A stretch of 64,000 bases of DNA from Mantamonas sphyraenae STR306 (lineage: Eukaryota > Protista > CRuMs). Position numbers and translations under genes: made by a program. The notes under the pieces are model-generated. The model did not search any database. It saw nothing but the letters and a program-made list of their open reading frames with translations, and was not told the origin of the DNA. Below, piece after piece: positions 43,699 through 55,143 of this stretch. Numbering within the stretch: position 1 is the stretch's first letter; each line of letters opens with the position of its first letter. The stretch covers positions 124,001-188,000 of the forward strand of contig JAPMXV010000051.1 of NCBI GenBank assembly GCA_026936335.1, read 5' to 3'.

Positions 43699-46600
43699 TC
43701 ATTCCAACTTTTTGCAGTACGACGTGGGCACGTAGCCCTGCTTGCCATCCGAAGGTCGCTTGCACAGAGTCCACTGGGGTGTGGCCTGGAGGACGTCCAG
43801 GATCTCTCCCGCGCTGGCGTCCATGTCTGTCTCTCCCACGTGGGTATAGTTGGCAACCACCTGCACTTGGGCCTGTTTCCTTCCCACCCCGCTTGCACTG
43901 GGTGCTGCCTGCGACACACTGCGTGCCAGTGTGTTGTGTTGCACCGTGCTCTTGGTCCTCGGTTGCCTTTGATGCACGGTGCTCATTGTACGCACTGCCC
44001 CACTGTTGCTGCTGCTGCTACTGCTGCTACTGTTCCCTCCATCCACATCCATCGTCTCGCCTCCATCCCCGTCTGCCCTGCTGTTGTCCTCATTGGCCAA
44101 CGACTGCATCTCAATGGCCTCGCCGCCTCGCGACATGCGCGCCTGCTCCACAGCCGCCTGCAACACCTTGGGTCGCGTGGGCACCGCAGGCTTGCTCTGC
44201 CTGTCTCCAGCAGCAGCAGCAGCACCACCAGCCGGGGCCATGCTGACACGCTTGTCCTGCTGCTGCTGTGGTGCCGCAGCTGCACCCCCGTGTCGCTGGG
44301 ATTGCGATTGCTGAACATCGTTGGGCACGAGGGTGTCCATGTTCTGGCCGGTGAGACGGTTGCCCATGCGTGTGATGAGACTCTTGTCTTCGGTGACAAA
44401 GGTGGGATCCAACATACGCGCCAGGATCTCGTCCATCTTGGCCACCGTGGGCAACACAAAGTCGCCTGTGCTGCCTTTGATGTCCTGTGCATCCTGCAAC
44501 ATCTTCATAGCCTTGAGCAGCCTACGCACCCAAATCTTGTGTGCCTCGTTCACCTCGGGGGCAGCCAGGAAGTTGACCGCCTCGAAACGAACCGTCTCCA
44601 GCATAAACTCCTCCACGAGGGTCGAATCCAACTGCCGCGCAGGCGACGATCGGAATTCGCTCATAAAGTAGCGCAGAGCCACCAGAGACATGCGCACCTC
44701 CTTCTTGAAGGCCTGCATCTTGTCGAGCAGACTGAGAAAGGTGGGGATGTACTCGGGGGCAAACACGTCCCAGGCGAGCTCCTCGATTTGGAACGACTCC
44801 ATGTCCACCAGCGAGTCACCCGTGCTGTCCATCTGGCGCCTGCGCTTGAACAGTTCGTACTCGCGTTGGAAAAAGTCGTGGGAGCGCACGTTGAAGCGTT
44901 CGTGGAGACCGGCAAGGACAATCAGTGCGGCGGCACCCAAGATCAGGGTGAGCACAAGACCCGTGAGGGTGTCCACACTCTGCACGTCCAGATCCTCGGC
45001 CAGGAAGGACATGCCCAGCACAAGGACAAGGAAGTTGGTCAGGTTGAGGGTGTTGCTCACCGTGTTGAGATGGGCAAACTTGTATGGCACGGCATTCACC
45101 TGCACCAGGGCACCCAAGAGCAGAATCACCTGACCCGTCATGCCCTGCACCACACCCGTGTGGAGAAACACCTTGCCTGTGATGAACCCGGTGGCCATGG
45201 CCTTTTCCCACAGGCCAAACCAAGTCCACCGGGGCAGGAAGCGATCGTACACGGTGCCCATCAACTCGCGTGTGCTCTCCTTGTCCATGCGATTGCGAAA
45301 CAGATAGAGCAGCAGGGCTTGGAGCAGAGGCACACCCAGGGTGTAGCCCAGCAGGCCTGCCAATGCCATGGGTTGGTACTCTGCATGGCGTCCGGTGCCA
45401 CACTCAAACTGCGGGGCGACACTGAGCACGGTGCGTGTGGCATCCACACTGATGCAGGAAAACATCTGCAGCACACGGTCGGTGATGGGCACGTAGAGGA
45501 AGGAGAGCACAAGCATGTACGCGTTGAAGGCGTGTCGGCATGCGGTTGTCATGTTGGATGGCAGGAAGAAGAGGGTGCTGAATGTGTACCGCACCCACGA
45601 CAGCACATACACCACATGCTCACGCACTGTGTATCGCTTTCCCTCCTGGGGCGTGGCTGTGAATCCGCTGTACTTGTTGCGGAATCGTTCGCCCGTCTCC
45701 TGCACAATCAGGGTGCGGATGGTGTCCAGCACAAGAAGCGCCACAAACAAAGCCAACACGTAAAGTGGCACTTCCAGTGTGACCTGCAGCTTGTCAAACA
45801 CGTCAAATCGCTGCTGCAGACACTCCACACCGGCCAGATCCACGTTGGCGTTTACCAGAGACAAGCCCGCAAGCACACGCAACACAGAGTCGGGCCACGA
45901 AAACAGAAAGTCTGCAAACAGAGTCGTCACTGTGAGTGAGTGAGTGAGTGAGTGAGTGAGTGATTGAGTGTGCGTGTGAGTGAGTGTGTGAGTGTGCGTA
46001 TGAGAAATTGTGTGACACGCGCTCTCCCTCCCCTCGTTCCCAAACTCACACTGCAGGGCTTGGATGCCCAGAAGGATGACACTGGTGCTGCGTTTGATGG
46101 CTGCGTAACGCATGACAAAGAGCAGCAGAAGGAAGCAGAGGAGGGCAACGGCCAGGGAGCCCGAATAGCTGTTGGAACAGGCGTCGCACAGGTTGCCCAG
46201 CTGATAATGGGTGTCCAAACACGTGCGACACAGGAAGCCCGAATAGCCTGGGGCACAACTGACGGAGCCTCCCTGGCACGCGGCGGCCACGGGACAGGTG
46301 AGGAAGATAAAGTCGCTGCCGCTGTTCCAGAAGCCCGGCTTGGCCAGGGGCAGGGCGGTGGAGCCCGAACAAAAGGCGCCGCGGGGACACTCTGTGCAGG
46401 GACGACCCGCACGTTGGTTGGGTTCGTAGTAGCCTGCACGACAGCGACACTGGTCCAGGCGTGAGGAGCGGGCCACGGAAAAGGTGTTGGTGGGACAGTC
46501 GTTGCGTTTGGAGGCGCCGCGTTCGCAGTAGGTGTCCACGGGACAGATGGTGCATGTTCCAGAGCCCTTTTTGTCCTTAAAGGTGCCCTCTTCGCAGGGG

Positions 46601-49461
46601 ATGCAGGGTTCGCTGGGCGACGGCGCGTAGTTGCCCACGTCGCAGGGGCGAAACATGTTGAATTCCACCGCGTTGGTGTACTGCTGGTTGTTCAGCGTAA
46701 TCGACACGTTGGCCACGCCCGAATCGTTAAAGTTGTGCATCACAGTGCGGATTTCGCCCGAGGTGCGATACGTGCCCTCGGCGTAGTACACCACCCCGTT
46801 CAACTCCTGCCGCACACGGATCAACTCCGCTCCCGTGTTGACATAACTGGTGCCCAGCAACGCCACCGTGGGTCTCGAGTCGCTGAGTGCCCCCGGGGGA
46901 TCGGGCCGCGTGATGCGATACTCGCCAAAGGCAATGAGCAGCAGGTTGTCCAGGTGAGAGTTGAACTGGGTCGCATCGGCATTGGGACTCACCTCGACCT
47001 GCAACGGATGGATAAAGGCCACCAAAGGCAATCCCAACATGGGCAGGGTGCGACAATGCAGGGTGGCATTCACGCCCCATTGTGCGTCGATGCACTCGTG
47101 GTACGTGCCCGTGTTGTCACGCAAGCGCACACGCGGCGATTCCCTGGTGCGACGCAACCCGGGCGCAGACACAACGATGCTGGTGTTGCCTGTCACCAAC
47201 GCATACGGAGGATACACGGTGCCCTGGCCCATGGCATGGTTGTACACCACCCATGGGATGGCGTTGCTGTACTGTTGCCCGTTCAGACTCAAGGCCACCT
47301 GCGTGTCACCCAAGGACACGTTGCGTGCCACCAACGACGGCGTGGCACACTGCACACGTGTGGCACTCACAAACGTGGCAACTGCGTCTGCCCCCGCCGT
47401 GGCGTCGCCCAGGCGACACCTGAGCAAGCCGCTGTCGATGGCACGCGTCACCGCAAATGTCGTCGTCGTCGCTCCGCCAATGGGACCCGATGTGGGGGCA
47501 CTGCTCAGCAAGGTGGTGTTGTAAAACGTGTACACAGGCGGAGTGTACCCAGCCTTGTGTGCACCGCCGGGGGTGGCGGAAAAGTTGTAGGCTGCAATTT
47601 GGCCCTGAGCAAAGGTGGGCAAGGCAGGCGTGGTGCACACCATGCGTGTGGCAGACGTCACACCACAGGCAAGGGTGAGTTGTGCAGGGAGTCCCGGAAC
47701 ATCGGTGGTCATGGTCACCGTTTGGGTGGGTCCCACAAAGTTGACACCCGTGGCCACCACCTCGGTGGCACCTGTGTTGGGACCCAGAGGGGGCGAGATG
47801 GCGGTCACTGCGGCAAACACGTCGGGGCAATCCGTGCGATCCACACCGACGGTGGTGCGTCCCAAGGGACACTGGAAGCACAGGGTGCGATCGTTGCCAC
47901 GTGGTTTGTACTTGCCATCGGGACATGCCATGCACTCGGAGGAGGTGACGTCAAACGGGAATGCCACCTGCTGTTGGGGCGGACACACACCACGGTAGGC
48001 ACGCAGTTGACCCCGTCGCGAGGGACCCCCTTCCAGCTCACCCACAAACAGATCCGCCTTGGCAGGAGGGGACACAGTGTGCAACAGACTGCCAAATTGC
48101 AGGTTGGAACTCACGGGGCTGCGCAGCTGGTACTGCAGCCCCCAATGGGTGCTGTTGTCCAGGATGCCAAGCGGTTCGTCGTAGTGGTACGCCCACACCT
48201 TGCCATTGCCCGTGCCACAGTTGCGTGAGCCCGTGGCACCCACCATGGCACTCAGATCGTTGGGGTCCACATACACGGACGCCCCAAAGTACTGGTAATC
48301 GCTGCCGCAAAACTCGTCCGGCGAATTGATCACCTTTTCCACATCCCACGTCTCACTCACGTTGCTGATCACACGCCGACGCAGGATGTGAACAGAACCA
48401 ATGTCCCTCTCGTCACCGTCTGTGTAGGGTGCCCCCACCACCATCACCTCGGTGCCCAGGGCCACCGCGTGGCCGAAACGCGCTCCCGACTGCCACGCCG
48501 AGGCACTAAACGCAGCCGCCAGACCCCAACTGTCGACCACTCCGCCCTGGTTGCGGTTGAACACATACACCGCACCCACTGCGGACGATGTGGCGCCACC
48601 CACGTGTGGTGCACCCGGTGCGCCGACCACAAGGACGTCCTGGGTCATGGCAAGGGCATATCCAAAATCCATGTTGTTGTTCAACACCACCGGCACCTGC
48701 AACAACACATGGGCCGCGTACGCATGGGTGCCATTGTTCACCTTGCGAAACACACTCACTGTGCCTGCCCGCTGTGTGGGCGAGTCGCCCGTGTTGTAGG
48801 CGTCCACAGAGGCGACGGCAAGGAAGCCCGAGTTGGAGTCGCCGCTGGTGGTGGCCATCCGGTAGCCGTATCTGTCGCCTCCCCTGCGGCCCTGGATGCT
48901 TTCCAGGGTGTGAATGTCAAACCAGTGGGAGTAGGGTGTGGTGGCGTTGGTTTGATTGGTGGCATGGGTGATGTTGTACACCAGCACCCGGCCCTCGTTG
49001 CTGTTGGAATTGGGGGCACCCACCAGCACATACGGAGGGTCCACCGCCACGCTCCACCCAAACGCCCCCAGCGAATCGTGCGTCGAACGGGCGTCGTTCA
49101 CATAGTCCCACTGCAGGGTGGTGTGATTGAATCGGTACAGGTACGCTGCACCCCTGTAGGTCAACCCTTGCGGACGAAGGTCGTCGTTGCTGGCGCCCAC
49201 CACCAAATAGTCCCCCTGTGTGCTGATCGACACGCCATAGTCCCCAGATCCAGTGGGATACGGCGATTGGAGTTCCAATTGGGACAGGCCACCGTTGCTG
49301 GACACCTCTGCCCCCTGTGTGGGCTGTACCAGCACTGCGAAAACAAGAAGCAGGAACAGCGGAGGCAGCGGCTGCCAGCATCGCTCACCTTTCGCCCCCT
49401 TTGGCTTCCTTTGTCCACGCATGGGTGTGACCCCGTGTGTAAAGAGACACTGCAAGGACAT
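43699..49461 (-). CDS. Large surface receptor, paralog 2: signal peptide, FG-GAP propeller, Cys-rich, IPT/TIG repeats, multipass TM domain, C-terminal SH3; intron 45930-46049
   Basis: LFLLLVFAVLV signal; YG..LVVGAS, FGWSV..LVGAP, FGYAL..VVGAP, FGHAV..VVGAP; ISPPLGPNTGATEV; shared with paralog 1: LNGQQ, AKPGFWNSG.DF, GY.G.LC.TC; SH3 VVANY...QW...GYVPTSY. Removing the (CACT)n in-frame intron gives ALQLTTLFADF, matching LLQMTALMGDF in paralog 1. Start could be 49461 or 49422. Confidence 0.82.
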   Translation of the reverse strand: MSLQCLFTHGVTPMRGQRKPKGAKGERCWQPLPPLFLLLVFAVLVQPTQGAEVSSNGGLSQLELQSPYPTGSGDYGVSISTQGDYLVVGASNDDLRPQGLTYRGAAYLYRFNHTTLQWDYVNDARSTHDSLGAFGWSVAVDPPYVLVGAPNSNSNEGRVLVYNITHATNQTNATTPYSHWFDIHTLESIQGRRGGDRYGYRMATTSGDSNSGFLAVASVDAYNTGDSPTQRAGTVSVFRKVNNGTHAYAAHVLLQVPVVLNNNMDFGYALAMTQDVLVVGAPGAPHVGGATSSAVGAVYVFNRNQGGVVDSWGLAAAFSASAWQSGARFGHAVALGTEVMVVGAPYTDGDERDIGSVHILRRRVISNVSETWDVEKVINSPDEFCGSDYQYFGASVYVDPNDLSAMVGATGSRNCGTGNGKVWAYHYDEPLGILDNSTHWGLQYQLRSPVSSNLQFGSLLHTVSPPAKADLFVGELEGGPSRRGQLRAYRGVCPPQQQVAFPFDVTSSECMACPDGKYKPRGNDRTLCFQCPLGRTTVGVDRTDCPDVFAAVTAISPPLGPNTGATEVVATGVNFVGPTQTVTMTTDVPGLPAQLTLACGVTSATRMVCTTPALPTFAQGQIAAYNFSATPGGAHKAGYTPPVYTFYNTTLLSSAPTSGPIGGATTTTFAVTRAIDSGLLRCRLGDATAGADAVATFVSATRVQCATPSLVARNVSLGDTQVALSLNGQQYSNAIPWVVYNHAMGQGTVYPPYALVTGNTSIVVSAPGLRRTRESPRVRLRDNTGTYHECIDAQWGVNATLHCRTLPMLGLPLVAFIHPLQVEVSPNADATQFNSHLDNLLLIAFGEYRITRPDPPGALSDSRPTVALLGTSYVNTGAELIRVRQELNGVVYYAEGTYRTSGEIRTVMHNFNDSGVANVSITLNNQQYTNAVEFNMFRPCDVGNYAPSPSEPCIPCEEGTFKDKKGSGTCTICPVDTYCERGASKRNDCPTNTFSVARSSRLDQCRCRAGYYEPNQRAGRPCTECPRGAFCSGSTALPLAKPGFWNSGSDFIFLTCPVAAACQGGSVSCAPGYSGFLCRTCLDTHYQLGNLCDACSNSYSGSLAVALLCFLLLLFVMRYAAIKRSTSVILLGIQALQCEFGNEGRESACHTISHTHTHTLTHTHTQSLTHSLTHSLTVTTLFADFLFSWPDSVLRVLAGLSLVNANVDLAGVECLQQRFDVFDKLQVTLEVPLYVLALFVALLVLDTIRTLIVQETGERFRNKYSGFTATPQEGKRYTVREHVVYVLSWVRYTFSTLFFLPSNMTTACRHAFNAYMLVLSFLYVPITDRVLQMFSCISVDATRTVLSVAPQFECGTGRHAEYQPMALAGLLGYTLGVPLLQALLLYLFRNRMDKESTRELMGTVYDRFLPRWTWFGLWEKAMATGFITGKVFLHTGVVQGMTGQVILLLGALVQVNAVPYKFAHLNTVSNTLNLTNFLVLVLGMSFLAEDLDVQSVDTLTGLVLTLILGAAALIVLAGLHERFNVRSHDFFQREYELFKRRRQMDSTGDSLVDMESFQIEELAWDVFAPEYIPTFLSLLDKMQAFKKEVRMSLVALRYFMSEFRSSPARQLDSTLVEEFMLETVRFEAVNFLAAPEVNEAHKIWVRRLLKAMKMLQDAQDIKGSTGDFVLPTVAKMDEILARMLDPTFVTEDKSLITRMGNRLTGQNMDTLVPNDVQQSQSQRHGGAAAAPQQQQDKRVSMAPAGGAAAAAGDRQSKPAVPTRPKVLQAAVEQARMSRGGEAIEMQSLANEDNSRADGDGGETMDVDGGNSSSSSSSSNSGAVRTMSTVHQRQPRTKSTVQHNTLARSVSQAAPSASGVGRKQAQVQVVANYTHVGETDMDASAGEILDVLQATPQWTLCKRPSDGKQGYVPTSYCKKLE
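45931..45996. repeat. (TGAG)n/(TG)n microsatellite in the intron of receptor paralog 2
   Basis: Direct reading; directly abuts the minus-strand acceptor AG. Confidence 0.85.
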
Positions 49462-49547
49462 TTGAGTTTGTGTTGTGTGTGTTGCGTGTGGGAAATGATT
49501 GCCTTTGTCGTCGCAACCTTTCCTCCTCCTCCTCCCCCCCTCCCACC

Positions 49548-52118
49548 ATGGGCAACTGCGGCTCGCGTAGCAGACGCGTACGGCCGCAGCCTGCCTTGAG
49601 TGCGGCGTCGACATCGTCGAACTCTGCGGTTGAGGAGGACCCCGTGCGGGGGCGGTTGTTCAGTCAGCCGTCGAGCACCGGCGGCGACGAGAACCATCCC
49701 ATCCCCGAAATCACCAGTCCCACCCGCTTGGCTGCCACATTGTCCGCAACCAAGTCGGTGGAGGAGCGCAGGCGATCGTGGGGCCGTGCTGCTGCCGCCG
49801 GTCAGATGATGATGGCCGCTGCGGCTGAACACGACACATCGCCCGGCAAACACAGACGACGAAGCAGCGACCTACGTCGACATTCCGTCAGCATGGGGTC
49901 CGAAAAACGAAGCCCCGGGTCGCCTTCCAGTGGGGGTGGGTCACGCAAGGCGTCACTGGCACGCAACACAAGCTATTCGTCACCCAGCAACCAGAGTGTA
50001 AACCTGCAGCGGGACGAAAGCAAGCGCAGTTCGCCCGAGCCCCAGGTCCGTTTGCAGACCCCGTCGGACGAAGGGACCGACCTTTTCCCGGCCTCTGCCG
50101 ACGATGACGATGGCATGTTCTTCCTCATGGCCAAGAAGAGCAAGAGGAGGGATTCTGTGAGCTCCGTTGCCCTCAGCACCGCCTCCTTCTCCCCCACAGA
50201 ACGCGATTCCCCGGGTCTCGACGGCCGTCGCCGCGGTTCCATCTCCAACGATCGCACCAGCTCTCGCCGTCTCCGCGCAAAGGTCGCCGGCCGCCGTTCC
50301 TCTCTCGTCGGATCACTGGGTAAGTGTGCACACAGTTGGCCCACCACCCCCCCTCGTCCCATTCCACACCCTTTCCCCTTCCTCGATGCGTGAGAGTCTC
50401 GAAGCCATTTCTCCGCAACGGCTATTCCTTCGGCCCAGGCCGATTTCCTTCCAAAAACGCCTTGTGCTGACACGGACACGCTGCGGTTGGACAGTGATTG
50501 GCCAGGAATACCTTGATTTCCATGCCTCGCATGCGTTGCGCATCCCCACCACAGTCACGACCCACGTAAGCACGGGCAAGGACGACTTTGGTAAGGGCAC
50601 CAGCGTTTTTTCAGACACCGGATTTCACACAACACAAACGCTGCCAAACCACACGTTGTCACCCAATTTGCTCACCAAGAGAGAGCGACACACACACACA
50701 CATACACTCACACACACGCACACACACGTTTTGCACACAGGGTACAAGTTTGTCAACCAGTACAACCTTGTCAGCACGCTTGGTCGTGGCTCCTACGGCA
50801 AGGTCAAACTGGCCGTCAACATCGAAAACGACACTCCTTACGTGCGTTTTGGCCATTTTGCACGTTTCCCAACGCCCCCTTCCCCGCCTGCCCCCAACCC
50901 GCACAGTGTCACTCACACACCTCAACCCACCGAAATGCATGTGTGTGTGTGTGTGTGTTGCTGCTCCTCGCACAGGCCATCAAAATCTGTACAAAGTCAA
51001 AGCTGAAGCGCAAGCGTTTCGCAGGAGCCACGAACGCGTTGGCGGACGTGCGTCGTGAAATCCTGCTGCTGAAACGGCTGGAACACCCGCGTGTGGTGAA
51101 GCTGTTTGAGGTGATTGACTCGTCGTTCCATGATCGCCTGTATATGATCATGGAACTGTGCGACCGCAGCGTGTTTACGTCAAAGAACATGACGCCCCTG
51201 CCCGTGCCCACCATCCGTGCACACATGCGCGATCTGGTGCTGGGCATCGAGTACCTCCATTCCCAAGGGATCATTCACAGGGACATCAAACCGGAGAATC
51301 TGCTGGTGACCCCGTCCGGCGTGCTCAAGGTGTCCGACTTTGGCGTCTCTGAGATTGTGCCCACCCAGGACACGCTCATCAAAAAGACCGCCGGCACACC
51401 GGCCTTCCTTGCACCCGAGTGTTGCTCGGGTGAACCCTTCCTGGGCCCGCCCGTGGATGTGTGGGCCATGGGGGTCACCCTGTATGCCTTTACCTTTGGC
51501 CGTGTGCCCTTTCGTGCACAGGCCCTCATGGACATGTACGAAAAGATCAAGAGCGCAGAGATCACCTTTCCCTTTGACGTGGACCACTGGCTGGCCGATC
51601 TGCTCATGGGCATGCTCGAGCGCGACCCTGCCAAGCGATTGACCCTGCCTGAGATTCGCGAGCACCCGTTTGTCACCGAGAATGGCATGTATCCCATGCC
51701 CGACCAGGACATGAGCACCAACGAGTGGCCCGGCCTGGAGAACGACCAGGACGCAGACGTGTACCGAAGCCCCGAGGTCAAGGATGCCTTTGGCTACCAT
51801 CATGACCGTGGTGACGACGCACTGCGCCAGGAGTACCTCAACGCTCCGGGAGGCGCCGGCGAACGCAGCGCCTCTTCCCTCTCTCACTTTTCCGAATCCT
51901 CCTTTGAGGAAACAAGCATGATCGAGGGCCGCGGCTCCACCGTGGTCTTTCGCGCCATGGACGACGACGTCGAACACGAACACCTCATGCTGGACAGCGA
52001 CAGCGGTGCCCATGCATCGCTCACAAACACTCCGTCGGGTTCGGCCCACGAAACCCTCTCCTCCATGTTTCCCTCCATTGAAAAGCTGCCTGTCCTCAAC
52101 ACAACCGAGGTGGATTGA
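49548..52118 (+). CDS. CAMKK/GRIK/SAK1-family kinase with putative N-acylation motif; exons 49548-50319, 50495-50590, 50741-50841, 50976-52118
   Basis: MGNCGS N-terminus; TTHVSTGKDDFGYKFVNQY, LGRGSYGKVKLA, AIK, HRDIKPEN, DFG, TAGTPAFLAPEC, DVWAMGVTLY. Three GT-AG introns join in frame. Confidence 0.85.
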
Positions 52119-52270
52119 CACACATCCATGGTCAGCGAGGTGCGCACGCACACACACACAAGGGGAACCCCGTTTCAGGGACAACGAATCACAAAAGAAG
52201 GAGGACATGCGGATTGGCCCACACATGGGCACTTGATTGAGCTTATTTGTCGGAATGGAAGAAAATTGGA

Positions 52271-55117
52271 TCACAAATCCCCCAGCAACTGATGCGCCTT
52301 GCCCAGCACAGACGCCGTGTCTTGACTGCTCTTGGCCACAATATGACCCAACTTGTCCTGTGAGTACACTTGGTTGAACGACAGCTTGCGTCTTCCTCCG
52401 CGTCGTCCAGCAGGCTGCACACGCGGCAACGAACGCGTCTTTGTCTCGGACCACACCGCACGCGACCCATCGCCCACCGGACTGCCTCCTCCCACCCGCG
52501 AACCTTCGTGTTCCCTTGCTGGTTCCGTCGTCGGAGTGTGCACATTCACAAAGCGCTTGTTCGACGATGCCACGCGCATGATCAGCGACTCGAAAGGATC
52601 CGTGCGTGTTGCCCCTTCACCATCGCCACCTGTCTCCTCTTGCTCCTCCTCTTGTTCCTCCTCCTCCTCTTCTTCACCTTCTTCCTCGTCATACAACAGC
52701 GTCGAATCGCCCAGGCGATCCACGCTGGGTTCTGCCTTGACCACGTCCGCCACGCTGTCCTCATCACTCTGCACACGCTCATGACGAGCCATGGGGCTGC
52801 CCCGAGAGGGAGATATGTACACCAAAGGCATCCCGTGTCCCTGCTGCCTGCCTTGCGTGGGCACGGGGCTGCCTCCCGTCTTCTTTGCCTGTCGCAGTTC
52901 TGCTTCCAACGCCTCCATCTGCTGCCTGTCCTGTGCACGCACCCTCTCAATGGTCTCCTGCAAGAGTTGCCTCGATTGCGCCTTGGACTGCTCCACGCGC
53001 GCGTTGGCCTCTGCGCGAATGCGTGCCAGCGAGTCACGAAACTCGCGCATCATCTTGGCCTGCTCCGCATCCAGAATGGCCTTGATTTGCTTCTTGGCAC
53101 TGCTGGGCAGTGCGTTGTGTGCCTCCGATTGTGGTGCCTCTGTGTTGCCTGCAACCCGTGGAGGTGTGCTGGCGGGGCTGCTACCATGGCCACTTCCCAA
53201 CTCGCTCAGGCGCATCCGCGAACGCGCTCGCTCTTCGTTCAAGCTCTCCTGCAAAGTCTGTGCGCGTTCCATCCATGCTGTCAACTGTTCACGCTGCTGT
53301 GCGTTGGTTGCCACGAGTTGTTCGTTCACCTGGGCCAGCTGGCGACACTCTTGCCGCGTGGCCTCCAGCAATTCTTGCACCACCGCGTGCTCCTCCTTCT
53401 TCACACCCACCTCCACTTCCACCACACGTTCCACCACCCTCTCCACTTCCACCACCTCCACCTCCTTCTCCCTTTCCCGTGCACCACCCTCACCACCCTC
53501 ACCACCCCCACCACCCTCACCATCCTTCTCCTTGCGCACCCGTTCGTACGCCGATCGCCACTGTTCAATCTCCCGTCCAAACCCATCCCTTGCCCGTTGC
53601 ATGTTCTTTTCCATGGCCGCTTTGTCACGCACCAATGCGTCGATCTGCTCCTGCATCTGCGCTTGCATGCTCGCGTACCGCTCCTGCATGCGTGCACGCT
53701 CGGCATCCATCGAGGCACCCACGCCACGTTGCGACCCGGCTGTGCGATCGTACCGTTGCAACTCTGCCACCTGGCCCGTGAGCGAGTTGATCACCGTCAC
53801 GTTGGTTTCCAACTGTTCCTGCACCTCTGCATACGCCCTCTCCATGGCCGCATGCCTACTCCTCCACTCTGCCTCCTTCTCCTTGGCCACACGTGCCTCC
53901 TTGGCACGTGCCTCCTCGCTGCGCTTGCTCCGCTGCAACGCCCCCTGCACCTCCTGCAACTCCCGTCCCTGCGACGCAAGCTGTTTGCTCAACGCCTCCA
54001 TGCTCTCCCGATAGTATCCCATCTTGTTCTCGCTGCTGCTTTCCAACTCACGCAACTCACGCGCCTGCGCACGATGCACCACGGTCAGCTGTGCCAGCTC
54101 CATGTTCACCCGTTCCAACTCGTTCGCCTCTGCCAGCTCCTGCGCACGCAGCCTCGCCTCCAGCTCCTTCACACGTCCTTCCAACGCCTGCTTTGCCTGC
54201 TGCTGCCCATATGCAAAGCCTCGCACCTGACGCAACTCGTCGTTCACCGCCTGCAACTCTGCCCCGCGCAACAGCTGCAGGTTGTCCCAGTGCATCCCGG
54301 GACTCGCATCCCGGTTAAACTCGCTCGCTTCCAACGACTTGACCTGTGCCTTTAGCATGCCCACATGCTCTCTGCTGTCTCTCAACTGCGACTGTACCAA
54401 CACCAGTGCATCCTGCGTCTCACGCAGCTCCTTTGCCTGCGCAGACATAAACTCTCGGCTAGCTGCATCCAATGCCTGTGCATTGTCCACTGCCATGCGC
54501 AGTGCACTCACATACCCACGCAGCTTTGCCATGTCTGTGTTGCTGCTTGGGTTCAACGCCTCGTTGTCCACCTGCACGCTGAACCGCGACTGCGCCGCTG
54601 CCAGCACTCGCCGTGTTTCTTCCAGCGCCTCCACACCCTCCTCTGCCTCCTCTGTGCCGTGTGACACCCCCGTGTGGCCCGTTCCATCCATGGATGTGTC
54701 GTTTCGTCCTGTGTTTGCGTCTGCACTGTCCCTGCTGCTTTGTCCCTGGCTCCCGCTTGCCTCTTGGCGCCAATTGCCCCGTGCCTCGCTCTTCTCTGTG
54801 CCCTCTTGCGTCTTCAACCCTTGCTCACGTGCCTCCCATTCGCCAGATTGGATCAAGTGCTCCATGGAACGCCGTGTGTTTTCTCCGTGAGTCGTGCTGG
54901 GCTCCTGGTACGCCTCGTCGTCCTCGTCGTCAAACTCCTCGTCAGCATCCTCGTCCGAAAAGCTCAGTTCCGCGTCCATGTCCCGCAGCTGGTGGTACAG
55001 CAAATGGTGCAATTCTTGCTCGCGGATGCTTTGGTCCAACGACTGGCCCTGGTCCTCGTCGTCGTCAAAGTCGAACCGGATGCCCTCGTCGTCAAGAAAG
55101 AGGTCGAGATGGTCCAT
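52271..55117 (-). CDS. Long coiled-coil protein with acidic N-terminus (possibly centriolar)
   Basis: ~950-aa E/Q/R/L-rich ORF with heptad character; start chosen at ATG 55117 (MDHLDLFLDDEG) to avoid overlap with the upstream gene. Confidence 0.65.
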   Translation of the reverse strand: MDHLDLFLDDEGIRFDFDDDEDQGQSLDQSIREQELHHLLYHQLRDMDAELSFSDEDADEEFDDEDDEAYQEPSTTHGENTRRSMEHLIQSGEWEAREQGLKTQEGTEKSEARGNWRQEASGSQGQSSRDSADANTGRNDTSMDGTGHTGVSHGTEEAEEGVEALEETRRVLAAAQSRFSVQVDNEALNPSSNTDMAKLRGYVSALRMAVDNAQALDAASREFMSAQAKELRETQDALVLVQSQLRDSREHVGMLKAQVKSLEASEFNRDASPGMHWDNLQLLRGAELQAVNDELRQVRGFAYGQQQAKQALEGRVKELEARLRAQELAEANELERVNMELAQLTVVHRAQARELRELESSSENKMGYYRESMEALSKQLASQGRELQEVQGALQRSKRSEEARAKEARVAKEKEAEWRSRHAAMERAYAEVQEQLETNVTVINSLTGQVAELQRYDRTAGSQRGVGASMDAERARMQERYASMQAQMQEQIDALVRDKAAMEKNMQRARDGFGREIEQWRSAYERVRKEKDGEGGGGGEGGEGGAREREKEVEVVEVERVVERVVEVEVGVKKEEHAVVQELLEATRQECRQLAQVNEQLVATNAQQREQLTAWMERAQTLQESLNEERARSRMRLSELGSGHGSSPASTPPRVAGNTEAPQSEAHNALPSSAKKQIKAILDAEQAKMMREFRDSLARIRAEANARVEQSKAQSRQLLQETIERVRAQDRQQMEALEAELRQAKKTGGSPVPTQGRQQGHGMPLVYISPSRGSPMARHERVQSDEDSVADVVKAEPSVDRLGDSTLLYDEEEGEEEEEEEQEEEQEETGGDGEGATRTDPFESLIMRVASSNKRFVNVHTPTTEPAREHEGSRVGGGSPVGDGSRAVWSETKTRSLPRVQPAGRRGGRRKLSFNQVYSQDKLGHIVAKSSQDTASVLGKAHQLLGDL

Positions 55118-55143
55118 CTGCGTTGCCCTGCCTTTTGTTTTGT

